Source: an uncultured delta proteobacterium (GTDB lineage: Bacteria; Myxococcota; Myxococcia; Myxococcales; Myxococcaceae). Taken from it: 64,000 bases of DNA. Positions 41,944 to 50,944 of the stretch are shown piece after piece. Every line of letters begins with the position of its first letter. The first letter of the stretch is position 1. The DNA lies in the NCBI GenBank assembly GCA_963776345.1, contig CAVZMH010000020.1:44626-108625 (forward strand), given 5' to 3'. The position numbers and the translations under genes are program-made. The notes beneath the pieces were generated by a model. That model saw only the letters and a program-made list of their open reading frames with translations. It was not told the origin of the DNA and searched no databases.

Positions 41944-42921
41944 ATGCGGATGCACGTGCTCTTCCACGACAACTGCTTCGACGGCGCGGCCAGCGCCGCC
42001 GTGTTCTCGCGCTTCTACCGGGAGCGCATCCGTCCGGACGCGACGCTCACCTACCAGGGCCTGTCACACCAGGCCAACGGCGCCCCGGTGCTCGAGTCGG
42101 CGTTCCAGGGGGACGAGAACGCCATCGTCGATTTCCGGTACAGCCAGTCGCCCGGGCTGACCTGGTGGTTCGACCACCACGCCTCGGCCTTCCAGACGCC
42201 GGGGGACGAGGCCCACTACCGGGCGGACACCTCGGGCAGGAAGTTCCACGACGCGCGGCGGAAGAGCTGCACGGTGTACCTCGCCGACGTGGCGCGGGCC
42301 CGCTTCGGGTTCGACCCCGGGCCGATGACCGAGCTGCTCGAGTGGGCGGAGATCATCGACGGCGCGCAGTTCCCGAGCCCGCAGATGGCGGTGGGCCTCC
42401 GCGAGCCGGCGCTCCAGCTCATGACCGTGCTCGAGGCCAACCACGATCCGGAGCTGATCCCCGAGGTCATTCGCCTGCTCCAGCGCCACACCCTCTCCGA
42501 GGTGGCGTCGCGTCCGATGATCCAGGAGCCGTTCCGTCCGCTGCTCGAGCGGCACCAGCACAACCGCGAGCTGGTCCGGAAGAAGGCCGCCATCGACCGG
42601 GGCGTGGTCTTCTTCGACGTGGCCGACGAGGGCCTGGACGCGATGAACAAGTTCATCGCCTACGACCTCTTCCCGGAAGCGCGCTACGTGGTCTGGGTGG
42701 GGCGCGGCGCCAAGCGGGCCAAGGTGTCCATCGGCAGCAACCCCTGGCGCCCCGAGCTCCGGCGGCACGACCTCTCCGCCATCGCCGAGCGCTGGGGCGG
42801 TGGTGGGCACCCGGTGGTGGCGGCGATGAGCTTCAAGCCCGAGGAGCTGCCCCGGGCCCGCGAGGCCGCGCGGTCCATCGTCGAGGAGCTGCGCGCCGAG
42901 CCCGTGTCCGCCTCCGCCTGA
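41944..42921 (+). CDS. DHH/DHHA1-family phosphoesterase
   Basis: HDNCFDG (DHH motif I-like), DHH at WWFDHHAS, and a C-terminal WGGGGHP DHHA1 motif. Confidence 0.7.
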   Translation: MRMHVLFHDNCFDGAASAAVFSRFYRERIRPDATLTYQGLSHQANGAPVLESAFQGDENAIVDFRYSQSPGLTWWFDHHASAFQTPGDEAHYRADTSGRKFHDARRKSCTVYLADVARARFGFDPGPMTELLEWAEIIDGAQFPSPQMAVGLREPALQLMTVLEANHDPELIPEVIRLLQRHTLSEVASRPMIQEPFRPLLERHQHNRELVRKKAAIDRGVVFFDVADEGLDAMNKFIAYDLFPEARYVVWVGRGAKRAKVSIGSNPWRPELRRHDLSAIAERWGGGGHPVVAAMSFKPEELPRAREAARSIVEELRAEPVSASA

Positions 42922-42938
42922 GCCCGGGGGGATACTGT

Positions 42939-43347
42939 CGGAGACACTGTGCCGCGGCCGCCCTGGTCTCGACGGCTGCGGGCCTGAGAGTCTTCGACCA
43001 GGACCTCGGGCGCGGCCGCGGACGACACTGTGCTGCGGCCGCCTGGTCTCAACGACTGCGGGCCTGAGAATCTTCGACCAGGACCTCGGGCGCGGCCGCG
43101 GACGACACTGTGCTGCGGCCGCCCTGGTCTCGACGACTGCGGGCCTGAGAGTCTTCGTCCAGGACCTCGGGCGCGGCCGCGGACGACACTGTGTCGCGGC
43201 CGCCCTGGTCTCGACGACTGCGGGCCTGAGAGTCTTCGACCAGGACCTCGGGCGCGGCCGCGGACGACACTGTGCTGCGGCCGCCTGGTCTCGACGGCTG
43301 CGGGCCTGAGAGTCTTCGACCAGGACCTCGGGCGCGGCCGCCCTGAC
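42939..43347. repeat. Tandem array of five 80-81-bp units of the GCGGCCGC repeat family
   Basis: Units start at 42940, 43020, 43100, 43181 and 43262, each with a few substitutions. Each unit has two NotI-type GCGGCCGC sites and a CCTGGTC/GACCAGG inverted pair. The array fills the whole DHH-maf spacer. Confidence 0.92.
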
Positions 43348-43914
43348 CTACAGGAGCGGGAACCCGCGGGCCCGGAGCATCCGGACCACCGGGAGCATCG
43401 GGAGCCCCTGCACCGAGGTGCGGTCGCCCTCGAGCCCGGAGACCAGCGCCTGCCCCCGGCCCTCGATGCGGTAGCCGCCCGCGCAGCCACGCCACTCCTC
43501 GGTGTCGAGGTAGCGCTCCAGCTCCTCGGCGGTGAGCGGGTGGAAGCGCAGCGTGACGACGTCGAGCTCGAGCTGCTCGTCGCCCCCGCCCACCAGCGCC
43601 ACGGCGGTGAGGAGGCGGTGCGCCCGGCCGAGCAGCGCCCCGAGCTGGGCGCGCGCCGCGTCCCGTGACTCCGGCTTGCCAAGCACCCGGCCATCCACCT
43701 CGGCGAGCTGGTCGGCGCCGAGCACCAGCGCGTCCGGGCGTCGCTCGGCGACGGCGCGCGCCTTGCGGAGCGCGAGCATCCGCACCGAATCCTCGATCCC
43801 CGTTCCCTCGGGGAGGTCCTCGTCCACGCCCGGCGCCTCGACGGAGTAGGGCACCCCGAGCGCGTCGAGCAGGGCCCTGCGGGCCGGCGAGGTGGAGGCG
43901 AGGAACAGGCGCAT
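43348..43914 (-). CDS. maf: Maf-like nucleoside triphosphate pyrophosphatase
   Basis: MRLFLASTSPARRALLDALGVPY...GADQ...GGYRIEG pattern. Confidence 0.85.
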   Translation of the reverse strand: MRLFLASTSPARRALLDALGVPYSVEAPGVDEDLPEGTGIEDSVRMLALRKARAVAERRPDALVLGADQLAEVDGRVLGKPESRDAARAQLGALLGRAHRLLTAVALVGGGDEQLELDVVTLRFHPLTAEELERYLDTEEWRGCAGGYRIEGRGQALVSGLEGDRTSVQGLPMLPVVRMLRARGFPLL

Positions 43915-44032
43915 CGCGGAGCAGGCTCTCTCACACGGTGCCGCGGCGCGCTGCAAGCTTTGCCGACCCACCGGGCCGGGGATGACCCACCCCCTCCGGT
44001 GCGGGGATCCCCGGAACTCGGGACCTTGGTGA

Positions 44033-44049
44033 TGGGACAATGGTTTGCA
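44033..44049 (+). promoter_or_regulatory. Possible sigma-54 promoter ahead of the pilus minor-pilin cluster
   Basis: TGGGACAATGGTTTGCA has GG-N10-GC spacing and a TTTGCA -12 element, but an imperfect -24. It overlaps the TTG start of the longest ORF. Confidence 0.3.
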
Positions 44050-44800
44050 CTGTTCGGCGGTCGCGATGGACCGGCGAATGGCAAGGAGGCGGAGGCACCC
44101 GCGCGGCGCGACGCTCCTGCTGTCGCTCGGGGTGGTGACCTTCCTCACCCTCGGCGCCATCACCACGCTGAACCTGATCACCGCGCAGTCGGATCCCGCG
44201 GGACAGGATCGCCGGGCAAAGGAGGCCTTCTTCGCTGCGGAGGCCGGGCTGGCCGAGGCGCGGGAGTGGCTCCGGCTGCAGACCGCGGCCATCCCCTCGC
44301 CGCAGCCGACCAACGCCATCCTCGCCGCGCTGGCCCCGGCCACCGACGTGGGCGGCTCGACCGACCCCTGGTACCAGATTCCGCTCGGCAACACGCCGGA
44401 TGCCTGGGTGGCCTACACGCTCTCCCGTGCGCCCGACGCCAATGGCGCCCAGGCGCTGGACACCGGGGTGACCGCCGCCGGGCTGGAGCTCACCGCCTCG
44501 GACGGCACGCAGTACCTGGCGTACCCTGACGCCTCGCGCGTCACCTACCGCGTCTTCCTCCGCGACGACGACGACGGCGACGGCGACCCCACGGTGGACT
44601 CGAACGGCACCGTCTGGCTGGTGGCGGTGGGCCAGGTGCAGGTGGGCCTCGGCGTCCCGGTGCAGGCGGTGGTGCGCGCGCTGGTCCGTCCCGGCACCGG
44701 CGCGGTGGGCACCGGCTACAGCTACTCCGACAAGATCTGGGACCCCGTTCACCTGAACGAGAACGCCCCCATCAACGCCAACACGACCACCAGTCTCTAG
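44045..44800 (+). CDS. PilX-like pilus assembly protein (PilX_N domain)
   Basis: RGATLLLSLGVVTFLTLGAITTL...AFFAAEAGLAEAREWL. The true start may be the ATG at 44066 or 44078. Confidence 0.65.
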   Translation: MHCSAVAMDRRMARRRRHPRGATLLLSLGVVTFLTLGAITTLNLITAQSDPAGQDRRAKEAFFAAEAGLAEAREWLRLQTAAIPSPQPTNAILAALAPATDVGGSTDPWYQIPLGNTPDAWVAYTLSRAPDANGAQALDTGVTAAGLELTASDGTQYLAYPDASRVTYRVFLRDDDDGDGDPTVDSNGTVWLVAVGQVQVGLGVPVQAVVRALVRPGTGAVGTGYSYSDKIWDPVHLNENAPINANTTTSL

Positions 44801-44809
44801 AGGCCCGAC

Positions 44810-45265
44810 GTGCTTCGCATCGCTCTTGTGGCATCCATCATCGTCTCGCTGCCCGCGCTCGCCGCGAACGCCACCGTGGGCGCCGAGGCGTTCGCCTCGG
44901 GCTGCAGTCGCTGCCACGCCGCGACGCAGGTGCCGGCGGGCGCGACCGAGCCGCATGCCGACCGGCGGAACGCGCGCCCCGGCGCCGGGCCCGACCTGAC
45001 CGAGGCGCTCATCGCCCAGGGCTACGACAAGGTCCGGGCGTGGATCGAGAAGCCGGGTCGCGCGAACCGCGAGACGACGTGCGACACGCGGCAGGTCCCG
45101 CCGGCGCAGCTCGACGACCTGATGGCCTATCTGGTCTCCCAGGTCGTCCCGGCACAGCCGTCGCGGAAGGAGCGGCTCCGCGGGAAGCTGTCCGAGGAGC
45201 AGGCCCGGGCCGCGGCGGCCGGAGTCCCGACCGCACGCGCACGGAAGGGGGGGAGGCGGCCGTGA
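44810..45265 (+). CDS. Secreted monoheme c-type cytochrome
   Basis: Signal peptide plus a CSRCH heme-binding motif. Class I-like C-terminal helix (LDDLMAYL). GTG start. Confidence 0.75.
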   Translation: MLRIALVASIIVSLPALAANATVGAEAFASGCSRCHAATQVPAGATEPHADRRNARPGAGPDLTEALIAQGYDKVRAWIEKPGRANRETTCDTRQVPPAQLDDLMAYLVSQVVPAQPSRKERLRGKLSEEQARAAAAGVPTARARKGGRRP

Positions 45266-48200
45266 AGCGCACGATGATCGCCGCGGTCGCGCTGCTCTCC
45301 TGCGTGGCGATGGTGGCCCACGCAGGCAGCCTGGCCGCGCTCTGCCAGGACAGCCTGGCCCAGAATCGCCAGCCCGACTTCGCCGATGGCGGGTTCCAGA
45401 GCCTGAAGACGGTGCAGGTGGTGGGGACCCCGGCGGTGCTGCGGCTGAACACCAACCTCGACGTGCTGAACCCGCAGAAGATCCAGCTCCCGTTCGATCA
45501 GAACGTGAGCATCAGCTACGTCTACGAGGCCGGTGGAGCGGGCTGGGCGCTGGGATGGCTCTACGCGGACGACCTGGTGAAGCGCGGGTACCTGGACGCG
45601 AACGGGAACCTGCTCGACTCCGACGGCGACGGCATCCCCGACTTCCACGAGGACATCTACAACCTCTCGCAGAACCGGTACGTCGGGAAGTACCGCAAGT
45701 GCGGCGCCACGCCGCCCACCTTCACCTGGAACGGGGTGAACCTCGTCGAGCCGGAGATCGCCACCGACTCCTGTGGCACCACCTTCGGCACCACCAGCAA
45801 GACGGCCATCCTGGCCGACGGCGGGATGGGCTCGGTCTCGGGCTGGCAGGTGGGGAAGGCCAGCGGGAGCACGCCCACCACCCCGACCGTCGAGTACACC
45901 GACAACGGGCTGTACGCGCGGATCCCCAACCTCCTCGAGCCCGCGGACCCGCTGAACGGGGGCCTGGGCCTGGGCCACCTCATCTTCCTCAACGCCGACG
46001 ACGACAGCGACACCACCACCAAGGCGCTGGTCCCGGTCGCGGACATCTCGAGCAAGGTGGACGGCGTGCCGGACTACGACGTCAGCGCCTACGACGGGAA
46101 CGGCCGGCTGCTCCCCGCGGGCAGCAATCCCGATCCCGGCGTGTCGCTCTACGACCGCACGCTCAACCTGGGCACGCTCCCGGGGAGCAGGGAGATCATC
46201 TTCTACCTGGTGGTCTACTACACCAGCCAGGGTCAGGCCGGCTGCCTCGGCCGCGTCGGCGGCGTCTGCAAGCTCTGGCTCAACACGCCGGTCGTCGTCC
46301 ACTTCAGCCGCACCGACCTGAACATGGACGAGAACCTCAACACCGCGAACCCCGCGGCCACGGTGGACATCGGGTGCGGGTATCCGAATACATGTAGTCT
46401 GGACGGTGGGACGTATACCGGCTGGCTCGACTCGGCGACCCTGACCCGCCTCGCGGCGCCGGACGGCGGCTACGGGCTGACCATGCCTCACGAGGTGGTG
46501 AGCGTTCCCCGTTCCAGCACCAACCGGATGCCGCACGTCATCGTGGGCGCGCCGAGCACCGATCCCTTCCGGTGGATCATCGGGTTCGAGGACCTGAGCG
46601 GCGGCGGTGACCGCGACTTCAACGACGTGGTCTTCCAGATCAACAAGAGCAACGGCGGGACGGTGACCTCGGGGATCGTGTCGAACGACATCAGCCCCAC
46701 CGACGTCCAGAACCTCACCATCACCAACATCCGCTTCAAGAAGGACGACAACGCCATCTACCAGGCCAGCGGTCCGGCCAACGCGTGCAGCGGGCCGCCC
46801 AAGGCCAGCATCGACTACTACGTCGCGGTGGACTGCAAGGTCTGCGCGAGCGGGGTCTGCACCGAGAACCCCAACCCCTCGTGGACGCGCGTGCCGCTGC
46901 CGGCGGGCAACCCGTCCGAGGTGACCTTCAACGTCCTCGACCTCGGCTTCACCGGCTCGCAGCTCTGCTGGCAGGCGCGGCTGTCGAGCCCCAACCAGTA
47001 CTGCCAGCCCACCATCAACAGCGTCTCGGTGGGCTATCAGGCGGTGCGCTCGGGTTCCTACTCGCGGTCCAGCCTCTCCACGGTGGGCAACGCCTTCGTC
47101 TACGGGACCTACGAGACCCCGGGACAGGGCTGGACCGGCCCCTGGCCCACCAGCCCGCCGGCGCCGTCCACGCGGAACTACGACGGCAAGCCCGACCTGA
47201 GCACCCGCGGGCACCTGTACCTCAAGTCCATCTACGATCCGGAGGCGCCCACGCTGACTCACTCCGTGCAGCGCTGGGACTCGGGCGGACAGCTGGTCAC
47301 CGACCTCACCGCCGGCTCGCCGTCGAGCCGCCGGCTCCTGACGGTGGACTCGACCGGGAAGATCGCCGCCCTCTCCACGGTGAACGCGGCCGAGGACCTG
47401 CTCCTCCCTGCGACCCAGCTCTGCCGGGTGAATGGCGGAAGGTACGTCTTCGACCTCAACGGCGACGGGGTCTGTACCTCGAGCGATCGCGACTTCGTGA
47501 AGGACTGGCTCTATGGCTGGGAGGACAACCAGCCGCCCGGGCCGGTGGGCAGCCGCCGCGCCTGGCCGATGGGCGGGGTGAACCTCTCCACCCCCGCGGT
47601 GGTGGGGCCGCCGACCTATCCGTCCTGGTATTACAACACCACCGGCGACGAGCAGACCGCGTTCCAGACGCGGTTCGTCAGCGGCGTCCTCAACGGGAGC
47701 CCGCTCTCGGCGCGCAACACGTACACCTACGTCAACACCAGCAGCGGCATGCTCCACGCCTTCGCCGCGGGCCACTACTCGCCGGCCACCTCGGACCCGT
47801 GCCTCGGGCAGCGCGGCACCACCCTGTACCGGGGCTTCTTCCAGCCCACCGGCGCCTGCGTCCCCCCCCCCGGCATCAATCCCCGGAACTACGGCACCGG
47901 CGCCGAGCGCTTCGTCTTCCTGCCGCGGAGCCTGCTCGGGCGGTACGTGAACAGCTACGTCGGGCCCACCATCACCGGCGCGCCGTCGGCCTCGCTCGAC
48001 GCCTCGCCGGCGGTGGCGGACGTGGACCTCGGCGGCCTGGGCTCCAGCGTGCTGCCCTGGACCATCAGCAACAAGCTGGGCCAGGGGGCCAAGACGATGC
48101 TCGTCTCCGCCGCCGGCCGGGGCCAGAGCACGGTGTTCGCGCTCGACATCACCCAGCCCGATCTCGACACCTACCCCATCTTCCAGTGGGAGTTCGACAT

Positions 48201-49260
48201 GAACTCGGTCAACAGCGCGTTCGCCAGCGCGCGGCTGGGCAACCCGAGCGCGCTCCTGCCGGACACCAACGGGACGCGGCATGCGCCGGTGGTGGCGCGG
48301 GTGGACTTCGGGAGCAGCGGCTCCGCCGACTGCGGGACCGGCACGGGGAGCTGCCGGAAGTGGGTGGCGGCGGTGGCGACGGACTACCTCCCCGCCTCGG
48401 GGTACGCCGGCGCCATCTACCTCATCGACCTCACCACCGGCGCGCCGGTGGTGGTGAACGGGAAGCAGGTGGGGGTGGTGCCCCTGGAGCAGGGCGAGGG
48501 CGTCGGCGGTGAGCCGGCCTACGGCGACGCCACCCCCGGAGACGGCACCTCCGACGTTCTCTACGTGCCCTCGACCAGCGGGCGGGTGTACCGGCTGAAC
48601 CTGAGCAAGCGGGACGAGAGCCAGGCGCTCGGCTCGCGCATTCCCAAGTGCCTCATCGCCAGCGCTCCGCTCGCGGTGGGCGGGGCCGACGGGCCGCTGG
48701 AGGAGATCCACTCCGGTCTGGTCTCCCGGCCGGGCCCGATCACCGACGGCAAGTCCACGGTGATGTTCTTCTTCGGCACCGCGGACAGCCCGGACGATCC
48801 GTACGACGCGACCGCCTCGAGGTACTACGTCTTCGGCTACACCGATCCCGATCCGCTCGGCACCTGCCCCAGCGCGCCGGTGGCTCCCACCTGGAGCCAG
48901 GCGCTCGACGCGGGACAGCGGGTGTGGGGCGGGGTCTCGCTGGACTCGAACTACGTCTACGTGACCACCGCGGTGGGCAACGCCGCCGACGCCTGCAACC
49001 TCAGCAACAACGTGAGCGGCAAGTATTACAGCTTCGGCCAGGGCGACGGAACGGCGCAGTCCGGCAGCGGCAAGGACCTGGGCGGCCACTCGCTCAACTC
49101 TCCGGTCATCTACGACGGCCACGTGCTCAGCGTCAGCGTCACCGGGCAGGCCACGGCCTACGGCGACGCCGCCTGGAACAACAAGACCAACTTCACGCCA
49201 GCCACCGCGCCGAGGGTCATCCTGTGGGACGTGTCGACACAGTCGCAGCTCCCCAAGTGA
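45262..49260 (+). CDS. pilY1: PilY1/PilC-like tip adhesin with an N-terminal DUF4114-type domain
   Basis: Signal peptide, DSDGDGIPD Ca-loop-like motif and IGFEDLSGGGDRDFNDVVFQI (DUF4114 signature). The C-terminal propeller-like region has SSGMLHAFAAG and GRVYRLNL. GTGA overlap with the cytochrome stop, with GGAGG upstream. Confidence 0.75.
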   Translation: MKRTMIAAVALLSCVAMVAHAGSLAALCQDSLAQNRQPDFADGGFQSLKTVQVVGTPAVLRLNTNLDVLNPQKIQLPFDQNVSISYVYEAGGAGWALGWLYADDLVKRGYLDANGNLLDSDGDGIPDFHEDIYNLSQNRYVGKYRKCGATPPTFTWNGVNLVEPEIATDSCGTTFGTTSKTAILADGGMGSVSGWQVGKASGSTPTTPTVEYTDNGLYARIPNLLEPADPLNGGLGLGHLIFLNADDDSDTTTKALVPVADISSKVDGVPDYDVSAYDGNGRLLPAGSNPDPGVSLYDRTLNLGTLPGSREIIFYLVVYYTSQGQAGCLGRVGGVCKLWLNTPVVVHFSRTDLNMDENLNTANPAATVDIGCGYPNTCSLDGGTYTGWLDSATLTRLAAPDGGYGLTMPHEVVSVPRSSTNRMPHVIVGAPSTDPFRWIIGFEDLSGGGDRDFNDVVFQINKSNGGTVTSGIVSNDISPTDVQNLTITNIRFKKDDNAIYQASGPANACSGPPKASIDYYVAVDCKVCASGVCTENPNPSWTRVPLPAGNPSEVTFNVLDLGFTGSQLCWQARLSSPNQYCQPTINSVSVGYQAVRSGSYSRSSLSTVGNAFVYGTYETPGQGWTGPWPTSPPAPSTRNYDGKPDLSTRGHLYLKSIYDPEAPTLTHSVQRWDSGGQLVTDLTAGSPSSRRLLTVDSTGKIAALSTVNAAEDLLLPATQLCRVNGGRYVFDLNGDGVCTSSDRDFVKDWLYGWEDNQPPGPVGSRRAWPMGGVNLSTPAVVGPPTYPSWYYNTTGDEQTAFQTRFVSGVLNGSPLSARNTYTYVNTSSGMLHAFAAGHYSPATSDPCLGQRGTTLYRGFFQPTGACVPPPGINPRNYGTGAERFVFLPRSLLGRYVNSYVGPTITGAPSASLDASPAVADVDLGGLGSSVLPWTISNKLGQGAKTMLVSAAGRGQSTVFALDITQPDLDTYPIFQWEFDMNSVNSAFASARLGNPSALLPDTNGTRHAPVVARVDFGSSGSADCGTGTGSCRKWVAAVATDYLPASGYAGAIYLIDLTTGAPVVVNGKQVGVVPLEQGEGVGGEPAYGDATPGDGTSDVLYVPSTSGRVYRLNLSKRDESQALGSRIPKCLIASAPLAVGGADGPLEEIHSGLVSRPGPITDGKSTVMFFFGTADSPDDPYDATASRYYVFGYTDPDPLGTCPSAPVAPTWSQALDAGQRVWGGVSLDSNYVYVTTAVGNAADACNLSNNVSGKYYSFGQGDGTAQSGSGKDLGGHSLNSPVIYDGHVLSVSVTGQATAYGDAAWNNKTNFTPATAPRVILWDVSTQSQLPK

Positions 49261-49775
49261 GGAGCCGGCGCGGGACCACGCTCATCGAGGTGATGGCCGC
49301 CATGGGCGTGATGGCCATCGGCATCGCGGCGATCGGATCGCTGGTGCTCGCGGCCAGCTCCCAGAACCGGCGGACCCTGGCCATGGCCCAGGCGGAGGCG
49401 GTGGCCCAGCGTGAGCTGGAGCGGGTGCTGGCGCTGGGATGCAGCAACGGGAACTCGGACACCGCCTTCTGCGACAACGTGCGCGCCCTGGACCGGACCG
49501 GGTACGACGTGGCCTGGGGCGTCTCCACGCTCCCCGGGACGGCGCCCACCGCCGCGACCCGTCCGTACCACGTGGACATCGACGTGGACGGACCGGGCGA
49601 CTGCAACGGCGCCCCGTGCTTCGAGGGCGGCGAGACCGGCGCCCCGATCCTCGCCCGGACGCTGGTGCCCGGCCAGCCGCCGCCGCGCCTGCTCAACGTC
49701 CGGGTGACGGTGAGCTGGACCGAGCGGGACCGGCCGCGGCAGGCCGTGGCGCTCCAGACGCGGGTGGCCCCATGA
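49257..49775 (+). CDS. Type IV pilus minor pilin (PilV-like)
   Basis: Prepilin leader RRGTTLIEVMAAMGV. GTGA overlap with pilY1. Confidence 0.75.
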   Translation: MRSRRGTTLIEVMAAMGVMAIGIAAIGSLVLAASSQNRRTLAMAQAEAVAQRELERVLALGCSNGNSDTAFCDNVRALDRTGYDVAWGVSTLPGTAPTAATRPYHVDIDVDGPGDCNGAPCFEGGETGAPILARTLVPGQPPPRLLNVRVTVSWTERDRPRQAVALQTRVAP

Positions 49776-50944
49776 CCCGGCGCGGCTTCACCCTCATGGA
49801 GGCCATGGTGGCCAGCGCCATGGGCCTGGTGGTCCTCACCGCGACGCTGACCGTGGGCGTGCAGCTCCAGCGCAAGGCCATCTTCGAGCAGCAGAGCTCG
49901 CTCATCCAGGGCGGGACCCAGGCGGTGGCCGAGTTCTTCGGGCCCATGCTCCAGCGCGCGGGCGAGGGGATGGGCAACGCCCGCATCAACCTCGGTGGGA
50001 ATGCCTTCGTCTACGCCATCCAGGTGACCACCGGGGACACCTTCGGCGGCTTCCCCGGCTTCTCCCCCCCGCCGCCGGCCTACGCCGACCGGATCTCCGA
50101 CTCGCTCCAGCTCCGGTGGGGCGACCCGACCGCGGTGGTCTCGCTCGGCGCCTGCGCGCTCTCCGGGGCGGACGGCGGCACGGGTGGTTTCTCCCGCGAG
50201 AGCTCGGGGCTGTGCACCGTGACCCAGGCGAGCGCGCTCGACGCCGGCACCCCGGTGTTCGTGGTGAACCCGGACCTCCCGGAGGCCTGCTCGCAGATCG
50301 TCACCGGCCCGGCCGGGTCCGAGACCCCCGGGGTGCACGCGGCCACGCTGCCGGCGACGCCCTACCCGAACTCGACCGACGCCCCGGCGGGCGACGGCTG
50401 TGCGATGGGCGGCTCGCTGTTCGCCACCCCGCGAACGGTGGTGATGCCGGCCGGCGGCGTCACCTTCCGGGTCAACTGGGAGAGCGGCGCACCGGTGCTC
50501 GAGTACACCAACCGGGCGCCGCCGCTTCCCGGCGACACCTGGACCGAGGTGAGCCGCGACGTGGAGCAGATGACCGTCGCCCTCGGAGTGCACGACCTCA
50601 CCGCGGACGCGGGAGTCCCCATGACCTGGTACCCCGGCGCGGACGGGGGCGTGCCGATCGACCAGTGCCTGGGCGCGAGCCCGAGCGGCAGCTGCGCGGT
50701 CCCGGGCGGGATGGGCCCTCCGGCGCTGGACCCGACGACCTGGGACGCCCTGATGCGGCGGGTGCGGGCGGTGGAGGTCCGGCTGGTGGCGCGCTCGAGC
50801 CGGCGCGAGCGGCCCGATGCCATGGCAGCGGACGGCGGGAGCTTCGTCCGCGACGAGGACGGGAACCCGGACGATGGCTTCGTCCGCCGGACGCTGGTGC
50901 TGACGCTCGCCCCGCGAAACTACCAGCTGGCGGGGAGCTTCTGA
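49772..50944 (+). CDS. Type IV pilus minor pilin (PilW-like)
   Basis: Prepilin leader RRGFTLMEAMVASAMGL. 390 aa. ATGA overlap. Confidence 0.75.
   Translation: MTRRGFTLMEAMVASAMGLVVLTATLTVGVQLQRKAIFEQQSSLIQGGTQAVAEFFGPMLQRAGEGMGNARINLGGNAFVYAIQVTTGDTFGGFPGFSPPPPAYADRISDSLQLRWGDPTAVVSLGACALSGADGGTGGFSRESSGLCTVTQASALDAGTPVFVVNPDLPEACSQIVTGPAGSETPGVHAATLPATPYPNSTDAPAGDGCAMGGSLFATPRTVVMPAGGVTFRVNWESGAPVLEYTNRAPPLPGDTWTEVSRDVEQMTVALGVHDLTADAGVPMTWYPGADGGVPIDQCLGASPSGSCAVPGGMGPPALDPTTWDALMRRVRAVEVRLVARSSRRERPDAMAADGGSFVRDEDGNPDDGFVRRTLVLTLAPRNYQLAGSF

Noticed and set aside
42939-43347. Possible CRISPR array (regularly spaced GCGGCCGC-containing repeats)
   Set aside because: The whole 80-81-bp unit is repeated almost identically, so there are no unique spacers. 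There are no cas genes in the window. The same sequence occurs as single copies at other gene ends, which is REP/MITE-like behaviour.
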